Source: an uncultured Chloroflexia bacterium (lineage in GTDB: Bacteria; Chloroflexota; UBA6077; JACCZL01). Taken from it: a stretch of DNA of 64,000 nucleotides. The notes below the pieces were generated by a model. It did no database searches. It was not told the origin of the DNA and saw only the letters and a list, made by a program, of their open reading frames with translations. The translations under genes were made by a program, and so were the position numbers. Within the stretch, counting starts at the first letter, position 1, and the number at the start of each line of letters is the position of its first letter. This document shows positions 61,643 to 64,000 of the stretch, one piece after another. The stretch is from the NCBI GenBank assembly GCA_963765765.1, contig CAVXYC010000018.1, positions 111,250 through 175,249 on the forward strand, given 5' to 3'.

Positions 61643-62531
61643 CTAGGCGTTATTGATTCCTTTGATTCGGGCCAGGGCGGAGTCGCGCAGGATGGCGATG
61701 CTCACGTACCAGCGGATGCGCACGCGGGTGGCGTCCTTGGTCTGGAGCTGGCCCACGTCCAGCACCTCCAGGCCGCCGTTCTGCAGACCCACCACGCCGT
61801 CACCTTCATCGAAGTGGATGGCGTAGATGCTGGAGGTGGCGTTGTCCGTGCCCTGCGTCTCCGCATCAGGCTGGAAATCGCTAATCTCCACGGGCACGCC
61901 GTCGTACAGCATGACCTGTCGACCAAACGCGTTCTCACCGCGCTCCACGTAGTGCGCGCTGGCCTGCAGCAAGCTCTTCAGCTTGCGACGCGTCCGTCGA
62001 CTCATCAACAGCAGCGTGGGCTTGCCGCCCAGAATCAGGTCCATCACCTGATCCAGCAGCGCCAGCGTCAGCGGCCCGCCGTTGGTCGCCACGCTGATCG
62101 TCTGACCCGCGGCCACCTGCTTGCGAATGCCGTCGAACGCGTTCGCATCCACGCCGGTATCGCCGGTGATGAACGTGTCCTCAAACTTGCGGGCCACGCT
62201 CTTGGCCTTGAGCTGAGTCTGGATAGCCTGCTGATTCTGGAGACTGGAGCGCGTGCGCTGGATGAAGTTATCCACGTCCGCGTCGCCACCCAGAATCGCC
62301 AGACTGGCCGTCTTGTTGGAGAACGTGCTGGTGGCCTCCGTCCAGGTGCCATCCACCGCGTAGAACGCCGCGCCACCCAGCACATTCTCCTGGTTGTATT
62401 TGTAAAACTGGACACAATGTGCTCGTCCTGACGTGGACCGACCGAAACGAGGCGGCCTCGAAGGGGGTCTGAGAGGCCTTGGGACAGCCTCAACGCTCTG
62501 GCAAATCACTCCGACTCCTCACACTCTTCAT
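61643..62531 (-). pseudogene. phage major capsid protein (HK97-fold type), 5' end degraded (in-frame TGA and a frame change in the first 40 codons or so)
   Basis: ..ILGGDADVDNFIQ.., ..KPTLLLMSRRTRRKLKSLL.., ..SSIYAIHFDEGDGVVGLQNGGLEVLDVGQL..RVRIRWYVSIAI are typical capsid-family strings. ATG at 62529-62531 gives MKSVRSRSDLPER, then TGA, then the main ORF 61643..62509 in another frame. Confidence 0.6.
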
Positions 62532-62536
62532 CACTT

Positions 62537-62554
62537 ATAGAACTTATGTTCTAT
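62537..62554. promoter_or_regulatory. candidate LexA (Cheo-type) box ATAGAAC-TTAT-GTTCTAT
   Basis: Perfect 7-bp inverted arms around GAAC-N4-GTTC in an AT-rich patch, 6 nt upstream (minus strand) of the first ATG of the capsid-like gene. Confidence 0.55.
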
Positions 62555-62587
62555 TTCTAGAGTAGTCCTTAGTGGTCCCTTGATGCG

Positions 62588-62872
62588 TCATGAGGCGCAC
62601 CAATCCGGGCATTCTGGCGACGGAAATAACCCCTGTCGCAGATCGGAAGTTATGGGTAGTGAGGCGGGTGGCTGGCGCCGCGACGCTAGCGCCGGTTCTC
62701 GAGGAAGCTCGATCAAGCCGCGACGAAGAGCGACCGCGAGGGCCGCTTGCGCCGTGTGGCAACCCAGTCGCTTCATTGCGGAGCGGACGTGCGTCCGAAC
62801 CGTGTGCTCGCTCAGGACGAGCTGGTCAGCGATCGCCCGTCGCGACTTGCCAAGAGCCAGGAGGCTGAGCAC
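62588..62872 (-). CDS. LuxR/GerE-type helix-turn-helix domain protein (no canonical start upstream of the HTH; possibly the C-terminus of the preceding gene)
   Basis: (LRPRERE)VLSLLALGKSRRAIADQLVLSEHTVRTHVRSAMKRLG. The frame is open upstream to about 62990, but ATG/GTG/TTG are absent before the GTG at 62872, which lies inside the domain. Confidence 0.7.
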   Translation of the reverse strand: MLSLLALGKSRRAIADQLVLSEHTVRTHVRSAMKRLGCHTAQAALAVALRRGLIELPREPALASRRQPPASLPITSDLRQGLFPSPECPDWCAS

Positions 62873-62939
62873 TTCTCGCTCACGTGGCCGCAGGTACGGC
62901 TCGTTGTTACCGGCTCGACCCAGAATGATTCCAGGTTCC

Positions 62940-63722
62940 TCAGGGCAACTCGAGGACGGGCTGGAAGTGCTTTTGCTCGCACCACGAGCTGCCTAAGAGC
63001 TGAGAGGTCCGCTCGTGCAGAATCTCTTCGTGAGCCCCTGCTGGCATGATGCAGAAAAGCCTGCGTGAGCCGCGACAAAACTGGACAGCCCAGACTCGAT
63101 TGACATTCAGTCGTTCACGGATCTCCGCAATCCGACGGCGAGCTTGCACCTCGGCCGATGCCCTCCGGTCGACATGCTGATACACCACGAGACTTTGGCC
63201 ACGCTGCAGGAACGGCAGTAGCTCATCGAAGAACGCGTATTTAGGCCCGCGCGCGCGGAACGGCCCCGTGGAACCGACCTGGAGCCCGTTATCGGGATCG
63301 ACGAACACAAGCTCACACCCCTGAGTGGCCGCCATAGCGTCCTGGACCCACGTGTGCCTATAAATCCGGCGCTCGCCAGGCACCATATCCCGAAATGAGA
63401 GTTGTTCGGCGAAGTATCGAGTCGAGCTCGGGAAGAGATTAAGCTCGTGGATCGCAGAGACACGACGCTCTCCTCGCGTAATCAGTGTCGCGAGTCGCTC
63501 GTACAAGTCAGGGTCGCAACTCCTGAACCGAGCATTTAAGAGATTCTCACCGAGCAGGTAGGAAACATGCTTCCCGTCATCATTGTGGGACTCGTCGGGC
63601 ACCAAGTACCAAACGATCCCCAAATCGAGAAAGGGCTCCGCTCGCGGCTCGACCCCGCAGAGCCACCGAAGAAGTCCGAACTTTCCGAAGTCGCCCACGT
63701 CACCCGCGTATCGGTCCTGCAC
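62940..63722 (-). CDS. uncharacterised conserved-looking protein (260 aa)
   Basis: MQDRYAGDVGDFGKFGLLRWL.., ..CELVFVDPDNGL.., ..QSLVVYQHVDR.. . The motif order recalls RlmJ-like Rossmann proteins (HAGNxxDxxKH ... DPPY), but the DPPY equivalent reads DPDN. No family assigned. Confidence 0.55.
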   Translation of the reverse strand: MQDRYAGDVGDFGKFGLLRWLCGVEPRAEPFLDLGIVWYLVPDESHNDDGKHVSYLLGENLLNARFRSCDPDLYERLATLITRGERRVSAIHELNLFPSSTRYFAEQLSFRDMVPGERRIYRHTWVQDAMAATQGCELVFVDPDNGLQVGSTGPFRARGPKYAFFDELLPFLQRGQSLVVYQHVDRRASAEVQARRRIAEIRERLNVNRVWAVQFCRGSRRLFCIMPAGAHEEILHERTSQLLGSSWCEQKHFQPVLELP

Positions 63723-63871
63723 GAATGTTTACTCCACAACCCATCCGGCGTTTCACAAGGATCGCCCTGACTTCAGGCCGATCAGAGGTGCCGCGAGCAG
63801 CGAGCCGATTTGCTCCTGCAATGCACTTGAGGACGTAATGACGACCACGTTGTCAGACGATGGCTACAGAA

Positions 63872-63949
63872 CACCGTCCGCAGCGTCCAGAGCGTCCAGG
63901 CCACAATCCCCAGACTGGGCGCTGTGGACGGTGTGGACGCTGTGCGGGG
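63872..63949. repeat. heptamer-type hairpin H8 (gcgtcca units)
   Basis: caccgtccgcagcgtccagagcgtccagg, loop, ctgtggacggtgtggacgctgtgcgggg. Confidence 0.75.
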
Positions 63950-64000
63950 CCCCTGTTTGGAGGACGAGTCGAAATTGTTCGCGATGGGCCTGGCGCGTTC

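Larger units (their letters stand above)
58174..62531 (-). mobile_element. phage-derived gene block (capsid-like, hydrolase, tail-like, holin); no integrase, portal or terminase in the window
   Basis: Four consecutive minus-strand genes with phage-type products (see the individual entries). Confidence 0.6.

Noticed and set aside
8603-63949. Tandem heptamer arrays as a possible CRISPR array
   Set aside because: The units are 7 nt and directly abutting, with no spacers. The arrays are short and paired with their own reverse complement. No cas genes are present.
1-64000. Genetic-code reassignment of TGA (because of in-frame TGAs in the RAYT and capsid-like genes)
   Set aside because: Many well-defined genes in the window terminate at TGA at the expected protein end, including a translationally coupled TGATG junction at 36881-36885. 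GC-rich genomes are not known for TGA recoding.
63746-64000. Possible minus-strand gene end (..LDALDAADGVL, stop at 63864-63866) and a small ORF VVVITSSSALQEQIGSLLAAPLIGLKSG
   Set aside because: The last 25 codons are encoded by hairpin H8, the rest runs off the window, and there is no recognisable family. Too little evidence for a feature call.
1-64000. tRNA, rRNA or tmRNA genes
   Set aside because: I found no T-loop (GGTTCGAATCC-like) or rRNA signature strings in either orientation while reading the intergenic regions.

Overview
GC-rich bacterial chromosomal segment. I saw no rRNA, tRNA or CRISPR array. Positions 1-52 kb hold metabolic and transport genes: three paralogous Rieske oxygenases, amidohydrolase-2 enzymes, SDR and Gfo-type oxidoreductases, an HpaB-family monooxygenase cluster, serA, a cysteine-dioxygenase-like cupin next to a four-rhodanese protein, two ABC importer gene sets plus orphan binding proteins, two MFS transporters, a MocR regulator, and a partial ebo-like operon (TatD-like, UbiA, alkaline-phosphatase family). 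Positions 52.5-64 kb hold an imuB-dnaE2 mutagenesis pair. It lies directly downstream of, and on the same strand as, a phage-derived block (capsid-like, TIM-barrel hydrolase, beta-propeller tail-like protein, A118-type holin). That block is fronted by a GAAC-N4-GTTC palindrome and followed by a LuxR-type HTH and an uncharacterised 260-aa protein. Two features run through the whole window. First, by my manual reading there are about thirty frame changes or in-frame stops in about twenty otherwise recognisable genes; whether these are assembly indels or real decay cannot be decided from this sequence. Second, there are at least seven families of palindromic repeat elements. These include hairpins whose arms are tandem heptamers, and GC-rich palindromes inside imuB and dnaE2 that are partly translated through in frame. 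A RAYT-type transposase bracketed by inverted REP-like palindromes is also present. Taxon guess (inference only): Chloroflexota-like or another GC-rich lineage with a Gram-positive-type SOS box.
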